Shown here: positions 1 to 8,095 of the stretch, piece after piece
How positions within the stretch are numbered: position 1 is the first letter of the stretch
Layout of the letters: the number at the start of each line of letters is the position of its first letter
Source of the DNA: Alphaproteobacteria bacterium
GTDB taxonomy: Bacteria; Pseudomonadota; Alphaproteobacteria; RF32; CAG-239
Length of the DNA: 64,000 bases
Reading direction: 5' to 3'
NCBI GenBank assembly: GCA_017477185.1
Contig: JAFUXF010000012.1
Span: 2,850-66,849, forward strand
The notes under the pieces: model-generated
The model's input: only the letters and a program-made list of their open reading frames with translations
What the model was told of the DNA's origin: nothing
The model's database searches: none
Made by a program: the position numbers and the translations under genes

Positions 1-3
1 TTC

Positions 4-480
4 ATGAAAAAAATCATCAAAAAGCTTTTATATATCTATATCGGACTTATTTTAGGTTTTATTCTAATGGGACAAGCCCTTTTAGAGCATGGCATATTAA
101 CCAAATCAAAGATACACTGTCAAGAAGAGAAATGTAAGGTTGCCGAAAGTTATTTGACAGGAAAACCAATTCGACAATTTTCCTTTAAGCAAAAAGACGT
201 CGCAAATATGTGGCTCCAAGAAGATTTTCGAGGTTATTATAACTTATGGAGTTCTTTTGATAAAATAACGGATTGTTCAAATTGTGGCGACTTAAACCTG
301 ATTCACCTCCCCTTTTCTTGGTGGTGGAAAACAAATGCAGAAAGTTTTATCCATACCCTTAAAACAAAAGATGAAGTACAATACACCCAATATAATCGCT
401 TATTTTCTTGGTTAGGCACAGTAATAACAACAACAATTATTCTAATATTTGGACTATATAAACTGGGAAAAATAAAATAA
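4..480 (+). CDS. hypothetical membrane protein
   Basis: 158-aa ORF with hydrophobic N-terminal (LLYIYIGLILGFILMG) and C-terminal (LGTVITTTIILIFGLY) helices. No recognisable family motif. Confidence 0.45.
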   Translation: MKKIIKKLLYIYIGLILGFILMGQALLEHGILTKSKIHCQEEKCKVAESYLTGKPIRQFSFKQKDVANMWLQEDFRGYYNLWSSFDKITDCSNCGDLNLIHLPFSWWWKTNAESFIHTLKTKDEVQYTQYNRLFSWLGTVITTTIILIFGLYKLGKIK

Positions 481-549
481 TAACAAAAACTGAAAAATAA
501 TTGTTGCAAAATAAAAAGTTTTAAGCTAAATATACCTCTGTTGACTGAT

Positions 550-605
550 TGGGGTGTCGCGAAAACGTAAGGCATCGGCTTTTGGTACCGACACTCAAAG
601 GTTCG
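550..605 (+). pseudogene. decayed 5' fragment of a tRNA-Gln gene, truncated in the T-loop
   Basis: Colinear with the first 56 nt of the intact tRNA-Gln at 748-822, with 8 substitutions by my count. The substitutions break D-stem, anticodon-stem and T-stem pairs. Similarity stops after ...GGTTCG and there is no 3' acceptor strand. Confidence 0.6.
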
Positions 606-747
606 GTCAGCAAGAACCGCTTTCGTGGTTCGTAGCTGGACGAGGTGGCTTTGCCATCCGAGGTCTTGAGCGATAGCGAAAGATGCGTAGTGCGTCAGCG
701 CACGCACCATCCTGCCACAGTGGCAGAGATAGGAAGTTTATTATTGT
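606..747 (+). other. GC-rich structured non-coding element, related to 15146-15300
   Basis: About 140 nt, much more GC-rich than its surroundings. Hairpins include GGTTC/GAACC, GTGCG-TCAG-CGCAC and CTGCC-ACAGT-GGCAG. Shares ordered k-mers (AAGAACC, GGTTCG, ATAGCGAA) with 15146-15300. Confidence 0.35.
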
Positions 748-2304
748 TGGGGTGTCGCCAAGTGGTAAGGCATCGGCTTTTGGTGCCGACATTCGTAGGT
801 TCGAATCCTGCCACCCCAGCCAACTGGATTCAGAGGCTATTGAGAGCAAGCTCTCAATAGCCTTATTCATTGAAAATAAACACTTTTTTCCATCAATTTC
901 TAAGTTCGAATACAAGATTTTTAATAACGCTCTTTTTTTATCAATGTTCGAACTCTCAAACAAATTTTTAGCTTCCAACAGCAAGCTAAGCAAGGCTTTA
1001 AGCGTTATATTGCACTTGCGTGCTATCGGTGCGTAATCTGACAAGTGTTCTGTAATATAATCTTGTCTGTTTCGTATCTCTGTTAACAATTTGTTGTATT
1101 CTATCTGTGTAATACCTCCTTCATCTTCAGGCATGATTCTTAACTCTAATAACTTACTCCTTTTTTCTTCCAATTTTTTATATTCATTTTCTAAACGGCT
1201 TCTATCCATTCTTTCAAGCTGCACATCTTCATTAACCATTTTTTCCAATTCCGGCAGTACTTTTTCAATCTCGCTTTTAGGTAAGTTTTTAAGCCTCTCC
1301 AATAGGCTATTTACTTGCTTAAGGGCATCATTCTCATTCATGGTCGTTTTGCATTTAGGGCAGATTAAATAGCGATATACCTTACCATTTTTCTTGGATT
1401 TATAGTCGGTCGTTATTGTTCTGCCACATTTGGCACAATGCAGTATTCCTTGAAACAAAGCCTCGTTCTTACGCACTTTATGATTCATCTTTCCGTCTAA
1501 TATATCTTGGCACTTTTGCCATGTTTCCTCATCTACCAGTGTTTTATATGTGTGTTTATACATTTGCCCTTTTACCGTCATATAACCGCAATAAAATTTG
1601 TTTCGCAGTATTGTGCTTATTGTTTGCTTATGTAGTCTGGTACTTTGAGTTCTGGTCGTTAATCCCCATTCTTGGGCTTTTTCCGTAATTTGCTGTAAAT
1701 TATAAATCCCTTTTGAAAATTCATAAAACAATTTTTTAAGAATTGGGGCTCTTTCTGAATCTAATATAATATCGTTATTTTTTGCTTTTTTGGTATTCAA
1801 ATAACCTAACGGGGCTAAAAATCCATATTTTCCCTCTTCCAACATTTTATCGGTGCTACGTTTTACATTAGCAACAAAACTATTAATATAAGCATTAGCA
1901 ATCATTATATGAAACTGATACATCATAAGATCTTGTGGCGTTGAAAAGGCATCTAATCGTAAATTTTCGCTTACAAAATGCAACGTTATCCGCTCTTTCA
2001 TTTGCATTGCGTACAATACATTGTATTCCATAAATGTCCTCTGCAAGCGGTCAACTTTATCGCAAACGATAGCAATACACTCTTTTTGTGTTTTGATAAA
2101 ATCCAACATACGATAAAATTCAGGACGTTTTCCTTTTGTTGAACTTTCAACCAAATCAAACGATTTGATAATTTCAAGGTTATTATTTGCACAATAACGC
2201 TTTATTCTGTCCTTTTGTGCCTGTAACGAAAATCCGTCTTCTTGCTCTTTACTCGATACCCTAACGAAACTAACAGCGTATTTTACTTTTTTACAACTAT
2301 ACAT
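607..2304 (-). CDS. large serine recombinase (resolvase/invertase N-domain, recombinase domain, zinc-ribbon, coiled coil)
   Basis: N-terminal motif AVSFVRVSSKEQ...SLQAQ carries the catalytic Ser. Cys pairs CAKCGR...CPKC form the zinc ribbon, followed by a C-terminal coiled coil. The last ~70 codons (607-822) are antisense to tRNA-Gln and the GC-rich element, so that tail is probably not ancestral. Confidence 0.88.
   Translation of the reverse strand: MYSCKKVKYAVSFVRVSSKEQEDGFSLQAQKDRIKRYCANNNLEIIKSFDLVESSTKGKRPEFYRMLDFIKTQKECIAIVCDKVDRLQRTFMEYNVLYAMQMKERITLHFVSENLRLDAFSTPQDLMMYQFHIMIANAYINSFVANVKRSTDKMLEEGKYGFLAPLGYLNTKKAKNNDIILDSERAPILKKLFYEFSKGIYNLQQITEKAQEWGLTTRTQSTRLHKQTISTILRNKFYCGYMTVKGQMYKHTYKTLVDEETWQKCQDILDGKMNHKVRKNEALFQGILHCAKCGRTITTDYKSKKNGKVYRYLICPKCKTTMNENDALKQVNSLLERLKNLPKSEIEKVLPELEKMVNEDVQLERMDRSRLENEYKKLEEKRSKLLELRIMPEDEGGITQIEYNKLLTEIRNRQDYITEHLSDYAPIARKCNITLKALLSLLLEAKNLFESSNIDKKRALLKILYSNLEIDGKKCLFSMNKAIESLLSIASESSWLGWQDSNLRMSAPKADALPLGDTPTIINFLSLPLWQDGACADALRIFRYRSRPRMAKPPRPATNHESGSC
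748..822 (+). tRNA. tRNA-Gln (anticodon UUG), CCA encoded
   Basis: 75 nt. Acceptor TGGGGTG/CACCCCA. Anticodon stem TCGGC/GCCGA with loop TTTTGGT (anticodon TTG). T-arm GTAGG-TTCGAAT-CCTGC. Discriminator G followed by CCA. Closely resembles canonical bacterial tRNA-Gln. Confidence 0.92.
803..822 (+). repeat. left copy of 20-bp direct repeat (3' end of tRNA-Gln), att-like
   Basis: GAATCCTGCCACCCCAGCCA is identical to 23490-23509. Confidence 0.75.
834..863 (+). terminator. perfect 14-bp-arm palindrome immediately 3' of tRNA-Gln (terminator or recombinase-related site)
   Basis: AGGCTATTGAGAGC-aa-GCTCTCAATAGCCT followed by TATTCATT. It lies inside the antisense recombinase ORF. Confidence 0.4.
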
Positions 2305-2371
2305 TATTTAATCCTTTGTTTTAATCTAGTGAGAGCCTATTTAATAATAGGCTCTCGGTATTATTCATATA

Positions 2372-2737
2372 TTACATCGATTTTTTCACATGCTTTCTCA
2401 GATATCCATATGCATAAAAGTCCTTACACTCACTAAGCCAAAGTTCTTTATTTTTAGTTATAAGTGCAATCTCGCCTTTTTGTGCTGATTTCTGTAACCA
2501 TTGGTAAAAACTACCACTTATTATAAAGTCCGATAAATTACGAATCACTATATGTAATGGTCTTTTTTCTTTTTCTGTTTGCCTTAAATACGGCTTCAAT
2601 ATTTCAGGATGTTTGCAGCATATAGCTAAATTAATATACTTATACTCGTTTTTTGAAAATTCTCTTGAATTGTCAATGAGATATTTTCTATCTTTCGGAT
2701 GACAAATTATTAGGCTTTTTATCTGATTTTCAAACAT
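2372..2737 (-). CDS. hypothetical protein
   Basis: I prefer the start at MFENQIK because AAAGGAGA lies 7 nt upstream. The tracked ORF extends to 2815. Confidence 0.5.
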   Translation of the reverse strand: MFENQIKSLIICHPKDRKYLIDNSREFSKNEYKYINLAICCKHPEILKPYLRQTEKEKRPLHIVIRNLSDFIISGSFYQWLQKSAQKGEIALITKNKELWLSECKDFYAYGYLRKHVKKSM

Positions 2738-2789
2738 ATTTAATCTCCTTTGATTATTATTTTTATATATTTTTAAGTTCTGATTTAAA

Positions 2790-3905
2790 TTAATTGCAGA
2801 CATTTTTATCTCCAATTTTTATTATTGTGTTCTGTTCAATAACACGGCTAATTTGAGTGAACACAGCCCCAAAATAGTCGTCCGCAGACACCATATCTGC
2901 TAAATCCTTTTGCAAATTTTTAAGAAAAGGCGTTCTGCTCTTGCCGGTTAATTTTTGCAGGTCTACTCCTTCCATTTCTTTGCATAAAGCCATAAAACCA
3001 ATCAGTTCCATAATTTTGGGTATTTTGTAGCCCTTTTCTTTTAGCATAAGCGCGTACGCCTTATAGCTGTTAGGGTTTTCTAATATGCCTGAAACTCTGG
3101 CTTGTTGAATTTTTCGGAAAATATAAAGATTAATTTTCTGCGATATTGTACTGTTGAATAGATACTTAAAGGTCAAATCCTCTACATTAATCTCGCATTT
3201 TTTTAATAAGTTACGAATGTACCGTTTTCTGTTAAGCCGTACTTCCTGTCTTAAAACCCTGCAGTCGGCATATTGTTTGAAACTAATATTTTGATAAATA
3301 CCGTCATCTTTTTCACAACGGCGGTAACTGTTCTTAGAGCATTCTGTAATTTTATCGTACCAAGCTACTTCAAAAAAACTGGTATGAACTCTAACTGTTT
3401 CTCCTCCGTTTTTATGGGAAGTATCACAAACATCAAAATATCTTTGAAATTTACACCGCTTAAATTCCTGTAAAAGCGAAGAAACACTGACCGTCAAGGA
3501 GATATTTTTACCATAATGAATTCCTACAACGGGAGCATTTCTTAAGCAGTCCTCAGAAATTTCAATTCCAGCGGCACTAGTGTATTCTTTCAGCTTTTCA
3601 ATCAGCCTGTCAAAATCTTCATCGCAAATCTCTTGAAGATTGTTGCCGAATAGCATTTTAGGGGCGGAAAATTCTATTAAAAGAGCAGTCCTGTATCCTC
3701 CAACCCTTATTTGCTTACTGAGTTTTATGCGGGGAACATATCCTCTATACTTTAAAAATAACTTTTTCGGATCATAAATCGCATCGATATTCTTGTTAAT
3801 CCTCTCCACTATTCGAGCATTTGGGATAAAATTTTCCGGTTTCTTAATTTCAATATTAGCGACATCAATACATAGCCGCACAGTATCGCAAATATTATGC
3901 GTCAT
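2790..3905 (-). CDS. putative replication initiation protein (phage/plasmid gene II/X-like), function tentative
   Basis: Start at MTHNICD is preceded by AAGGAGG. The segment LLIEFSAPKMLFGNNLQ resembles the conserved xPK-x-xxG-x-N stretch of gene II/X-type initiators. I could not confirm this without a profile search. Confidence 0.5.
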   Translation of the reverse strand: MTHNICDTVRLCIDVANIEIKKPENFIPNARIVERINKNIDAIYDPKKLFLKYRGYVPRIKLSKQIRVGGYRTALLIEFSAPKMLFGNNLQEICDEDFDRLIEKLKEYTSAAGIEISEDCLRNAPVVGIHYGKNISLTVSVSSLLQEFKRCKFQRYFDVCDTSHKNGGETVRVHTSFFEVAWYDKITECSKNSYRRCEKDDGIYQNISFKQYADCRVLRQEVRLNRKRYIRNLLKKCEINVEDLTFKYLFNSTISQKINLYIFRKIQQARVSGILENPNSYKAYALMLKEKGYKIPKIMELIGFMALCKEMEGVDLQKLTGKSRTPFLKNLQKDLADMVSADDYFGAVFTQISRVIEQNTIIKIGDKNVCN

Positions 3906-4047
3906 GATGACCTCCTTTATTTGGATTTTTATTATCATTTACGGCTTCTAGGGGCTCTAAATCTTGTTTCATTTCATATAAAAGCTTAAGCACGGCGACT
4001 AAAACTTTTGCTGCTTCTGATTTTTTTCTTAAATTTATGATGTCCAT
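3895..4047 (-). CDS. small hypothetical protein (50 aa)
   Basis: Start at MDIINLRKK has AAAGGAG upstream. It overlaps the next gene's start by 11 nt. Confidence 0.4.
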   Translation of the reverse strand: MDIINLRKKSEAAKVLVAVLKLLYEMKQDLEPLEAVNDNKNPNKGGHHDA

Positions 4048-4189
4048 CTCTTCTCCTTTCATAAATGAGAGGTTTTTGAGATACATTTACAAATTTGAAT
4101 TTAGGTAAAACACCAAAAGGGCATTTATAAGACAAATTAAAATAAAATATTTTTTAACTATATTGATAAATCAACGCATTATAAAAATA

Positions 4190-4234
4190 AAAGTAGATTG
4201 TAGCATATAAATTAAAACTATTACAATCTACTTT
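4190..4234. repeat. 13-bp perfect inverted repeat in a ~300-bp extremely AT-rich intergenic region
   Basis: AAAGTAGATTGTA-N19-TACAATCTACTTT. It may be a terminator for the XRE gene or a candidate origin beside the putative Rep. Confidence 0.5.
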
Positions 4235-4383
4235 CATTTAAAGATACTTTATATTTACAATTTTTAAATCAAAAATTCATGATGAAAATCTATTTAATTA
4301 AAAAAATAATACATTTTTTGAAAAATTTTTAGCTTTAATGCAAAATCATAAAACTAATTTTTTATAACTGAAATATTAAAAGT

Positions 4384-4791
4384 TTAGCTTGCTTTACTTT
4401 TAATTTTTTTCTGACGCTCATCTTCTTCTTGCAATTTTTTTACTTGTTTAATCATATGCAACATAAATTTCAGAAAATGCTGCTGATGACCACACTCATT
4501 CTTTATATTCTCTTCTAGTCTTTTGATTTGCTCGTTATTACCACTAATAGGGGCGACCAGAAGATCACCAATGCTGCACCCTAAATAATTTGCTATTTTA
4601 TATAATGACATTAGAGACATATCCTTATTTTCAACATTTTCTATTTTAACTATGGTATTAACGGATAAATCCGCCTGTTTCGCTAAATCGCTCTGACTTA
4701 GGTGCTTTTTCGTTCTTCTGCTTCTAATGTTTTTACCAATTATTTCTAATAACTGATTTTGTCTGTTCGATAACTCGTTACTATGCTTCAT
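4384..4791 (-). CDS. XRE-family helix-turn-helix transcriptional regulator
   Basis: HTH_3-like segment LSQSDLAKQADLSVNTIVKIENVENKDMSLMSLYKIANYLGCSIGDL. Confidence 0.85.
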   Translation of the reverse strand: MKHSNELSNRQNQLLEIIGKNIRSRRTKKHLSQSDLAKQADLSVNTIVKIENVENKDMSLMSLYKIANYLGCSIGDLLVAPISGNNEQIKRLEENIKNECGHQQHFLKFMLHMIKQVKKLQEEDERQKKIKSKAS

Positions 4792-4841
4792 AATATTAAT
4801 CCTTATATTTTTAATAATATTTGTGCATTATTAATTTTTAA

Positions 4842-5171
4842 CTAATATTCATCAGCACGCATAATTGTTAATACTCGATTGGTAACCGCTATTTTGCTTG
4901 GGTCCGGACTTAAATATAAATAGTCAACATCATAGTAATCAATTTTCCAAAAATATTTTATTCCGCAGTAATCAAATGCTCCAAAGTCGTGTTCTCCGTT
5001 AGGGTCGTTATCATGAGTAAATTGATTAAAATTTTTGACTTTTTCCATAATAGCTATTTGCTCTGTCACTGAAAGCTTCGCAACACCCTTTGTTATTAAA
5101 ACTTTTCCCCCTTTAAGGGTTTTACGAAACTCATCATTCAGCTCTCTAATACAAATAATCTCGGCAATCAA
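4842..5171 (-). CDS. DUF3768-family protein
   Basis: Motifs NDPNGEHDFGAF...WKIDYYD...SPDP...VLTIMRADEY. It is a paralog of 27401-27721. Confidence 0.8.
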   Translation of the reverse strand: MIAEIICIRELNDEFRKTLKGGKVLITKGVAKLSVTEQIAIMEKVKNFNQFTHDNDPNGEHDFGAFDYCGIKYFWKIDYYDVDYLYLSPDPSKIAVTNRVLTIMRADEY

Positions 5172-5289
5172 TTGTTTCTCCTTTTTCTTTTATGGTAATT
5201 ACAAAAAAAGAAAAATGGCATTAAAAAACCTTTGAAAATTCATGCACTTACCCAGTGATTCTTTGTTTTTATGATTTTATAATAAGAAA

Positions 5290-5306
5290 TATGTCAGCTT
5301 TTGACA
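5290..5306. promoter_or_regulatory. operator-like palindrome aTGTCA-N5-TGACAc
   Basis: One of four similar sites in island intergenic regions. It contains a TTGACA -35-like hexamer. Confidence 0.3.
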
Positions 5307-5399
5307 CATGAATATTTTATATAAGATTATAATACCACAATAAAACAAGAGAAAAATATGCTTGAAAAGGATAAAAATTTTTAATTATAGAGCAACAAA

Positions 5400-6200
5400 A
5401 TGGTAAATATTAATGATGTTAAGCATATTACCAAACGCAAGGAATTGCTACAATTTGTTAAAACTAAGAAATTTATTAAGGTTTTAACCAATGGCAATGC
5501 CGCCTATGTTTGGCAGTCAAATATTTGGGATATGGACGATATAAAGGCTGATGAAAAAGAAGTTCGTAAACTTCTTCCAAAATTAACAAAAGATTATACC
5601 TGCTATATGATAGATGATATAGGGCGATTAATTCACACCATAAGGGTTAATTATTCGGTTATGAAAAAATTTGTAAGACGGTGGTTTCCCGATTGTTGGT
5701 ATGCTAAACGTATCTGGGAATATGATTCTCATGACGGTTTACCTCTTTTTCAGAAAGAAAGTCCTACACAAAATTATATTAGTCGCTGTTATGAGCTTAA
5801 AATAACTGCCATGGCGGCACCTCACGAAACAAGAGATGAGAATTTCGACTGGAACAGCGGTAAATTTCTTTTATTTACCGAAGACAACAAAATGCCGGAC
5901 AGACAACCGCACGCTCATGTTTGTGTACATTTAAATAATCAGCAATATCGTTGGACTCCCTTAAGAGATGCCTCTTGGGCTGATAGATTTAAGTCTATTT
6001 TCAGCGTGCGTTTAATTAATAATAAAACGACAGAGCCTTATACATCCGACAATTTAATTATTGAAGATGAAGTTGAACAAGATTGCTATTTCAATATGTC
6101 GAACAAAGATAAAAAAGAAATTGTCAAGCTACTAAATCGAAAAAAATTTAATTTATGGAGAAGTTATCAGCTTAGTAATGGAGAGCTTAAAGATGAATAA
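5400..6200 (+). CDS. hypothetical protein
   Basis: 266-aa ORF with no recognisable motif. Confidence 0.6.
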   Translation: MVNINDVKHITKRKELLQFVKTKKFIKVLTNGNAAYVWQSNIWDMDDIKADEKEVRKLLPKLTKDYTCYMIDDIGRLIHTIRVNYSVMKKFVRRWFPDCWYAKRIWEYDSHDGLPLFQKESPTQNYISRCYELKITAMAAPHETRDENFDWNSGKFLLFTEDNKMPDRQPHAHVCVHLNNQQYRWTPLRDASWADRFKSIFSVRLINNKTTEPYTSDNLIIEDEVEQDCYFNMSNKDKKEIVKLLNRKKFNLWRSYQLSNGELKDE

Positions 6201-6888
6201 AATCAGCAATAAACAGCTTAAAACCAAGATAAAATTGGAAAACATTGATAAAAATGATAAGCAATGGTGTATACGACGAGAAAAGCGTATAAAAGTCAGA
6301 CAATGGGCGGCAGATAGATTTTATGACTATATTTCGTATGATTTTCTCTACAACTTGCTCTATATGATGATTCATAAAAAATTTGTTCGGTGGTTTGGTA
6401 TTGATTACCATAGAATTACGAGAATAATTCACTTGTTTCAAGATATTTACTCAAAAAATTTAGAAGAATCGGTACACGAACTGTTTGGCGGTATTGATAA
6501 TGAAGATGAAGTTGAATATTGGATTGGGCGGTATCGTTGGGAGATTATGACTAAAGAAGATAATCTAATTATAACAATAGATGAGGATATAGATTATTTT
6601 AATCCGAACAAGGAGCCGGATACAACAGAATATATTTTACCAAAATATATGTTACATAATTTCTTACAGTTTAAGCAGTTATTCTATGATGTTGTCAGCA
6701 AAAAATATGATGTCGGAGCAGAACCTGATTTCTGGCTTTATGCCTGTCGTTACTTGCTAATGGAGGATAAAGAATTTAAAATATTTTTTTGGGGTGCCGA
6801 TGGTAAGAATTTCCCCTATAAACTGATTGAAAAATATAATCCCAAAGGCTTAGCAGCCATATCTGTGGAAACAAGAAGATCACCTTAA
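6193..6888 (+). CDS. hypothetical protein
   Basis: I prefer the start at MNKISNK (GGAGAG 7 nt upstream). It overlaps the upstream stop by 8 nt, which suggests translational coupling. Confidence 0.6.
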   Translation: MNKISNKQLKTKIKLENIDKNDKQWCIRREKRIKVRQWAADRFYDYISYDFLYNLLYMMIHKKFVRWFGIDYHRITRIIHLFQDIYSKNLEESVHELFGGIDNEDEVEYWIGRYRWEIMTKEDNLIITIDEDIDYFNPNKEPDTTEYILPKYMLHNFLQFKQLFYDVVSKKYDVGAEPDFWLYACRYLLMEDKEFKIFFWGADGKNFPYKLIEKYNPKGLAAISVETRRSP

Positions 6889-6991
6889 AAGGATTATTAC
6901 ACGAAAGAAAGCGACTATTAAAAGGAGATACTAAAACACATAAATAGCAAAAAAAACGATATATAAAAAATATGATTCATTAAATTCAATT

Positions 6992-7008
6992 GTGCCACAT
7001 TTTGACAC
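6992..7008. promoter_or_regulatory. operator-like palindrome GTGCCA-N5-TGACAC
   Basis: Lies upstream of the ankyrin gene. TTGACA with an 18-nt spacer and TATAAA could form a promoter. Confidence 0.3.
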
Positions 7009-7066
7009 ACACTAATATTAAATAATATAAAAAACAGCAATAACTTTATTAGAAAGAGAGATAAAA

Positions 7067-8092
7067 ATGTCAGATATTTATAATCCAATTAATTCGGAAA
7101 CAACAAAAAATACTGAAAAAAAGAAGAAAGCAGATGATTTTAATAAATCTGATGCAAGAGGTTGGACACCTTTAATGCGTTTAGCATACTCATCTCAAGA
7201 TATTCAAGCCATTAAAGATTTAATTGATAAGGGAGCGGATATTAATATAAAAGGAATTAACGGTTGGTCTCCGCTCATGGCTGCAATTATAGGACATAAT
7301 ACACCTGATGTTGTACAAGTATTAATAGATAATGGTGCCGATATAAACAGTATAGATAAAACTTATAAAAATATTTTAATGCGTGCTGTTGCTATCCCTG
7401 CAAATTCTCAAATTATAGAAAAATTGATACAAAACGGAGCTGATGCTAATGCTAAAGACAATAAAGATAAAACTGTGCTTATGAATGCCTTGTATTACTC
7501 TGATGATATTGGAAATATTGAAACTTTAGTCAGAAACGGAGCTGATGTTAATGCCAAAAATAAATATGGCGAAACACCGTTAATGTATGCTTTTCGTAAG
7601 TATGAAAATTTTGATATTATAGAATTATTGCTTAAAAATGGTGCAGATGTCAATGCCAGAGATGATTCAACAGAAACAATTTTAATGAAAGCTCTTGATA
7701 GGCATAAAACACCTGAATTTATAGAAAAATTAATTGAGTTTGGAGCTGATGTTAATTTGAAAAACAAACACGGAGAAAGTCCTTTAATCCGTGCTGTTTA
7801 TCAATCTAAAAATACGGGTATTATTGAAATCTTGTTAAAAAACGGGGCGGATATAAACATCCAAACAAAAGATGGTTTCACGCCTTTAATGAATGCCATT
7901 CGTTGTCCTAAAAAAGATAAAATTACAGAATTACTCATAGAACAAGGAGCTGATGTAAATATAACCAATCATAATGGAGATACAGCCCTCTCTCTTGCGA
8001 TTCAATATTCTAATAAACCTGAAATTATAGATTTATTAATTAAAAAGGCGACTGCTAAAATGAAAACAGTTAACACAGAAAAAGGAGCATAA
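7067..8092 (+). CDS. ankyrin-repeat protein (about 9 repeats)
   Basis: Repeated G-x-TPLM-x-A...LI/LL-x-x-GADVN units appear throughout. Confidence 0.9.
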   Translation: MSDIYNPINSETTKNTEKKKKADDFNKSDARGWTPLMRLAYSSQDIQAIKDLIDKGADINIKGINGWSPLMAAIIGHNTPDVVQVLIDNGADINSIDKTYKNILMRAVAIPANSQIIEKLIQNGADANAKDNKDKTVLMNALYYSDDIGNIETLVRNGADVNAKNKYGETPLMYAFRKYENFDIIELLLKNGADVNARDDSTETILMKALDRHKTPEFIEKLIEFGADVNLKNKHGESPLIRAVYQSKNTGIIEILLKNGADINIQTKDGFTPLMNAIRCPKKDKITELLIEQGADVNITNHNGDTALSLAIQYSNKPEIIDLLIKKATAKMKTVNTEKGA

Positions 8093-8095
8093 AAT

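Noticed and set aside
303-1036. Tracked ORFs 303-710 (-), 645-860 (+) and 683-1036 (+) overlapping the tRNA-Gln region
   Set aside because: They run through or antisense to the tRNA, its pseudo-fragment and the GC-rich structured element, where stop codons are rare. They have no RBS and no protein-like features, so I treat them as artefacts.
1091-2436. Plus-strand ORFs (1091-1372, 1416-1688, 2242-2436) and ORF 1998-2192 (-) inside or next to the serine recombinase gene
   Set aside because: They are antisense or alternative-frame to a well-supported recombinase CDS. Their sequences are low-complexity and Ser/Leu/Phe-rich, as expected of AT-rich antisense frames.
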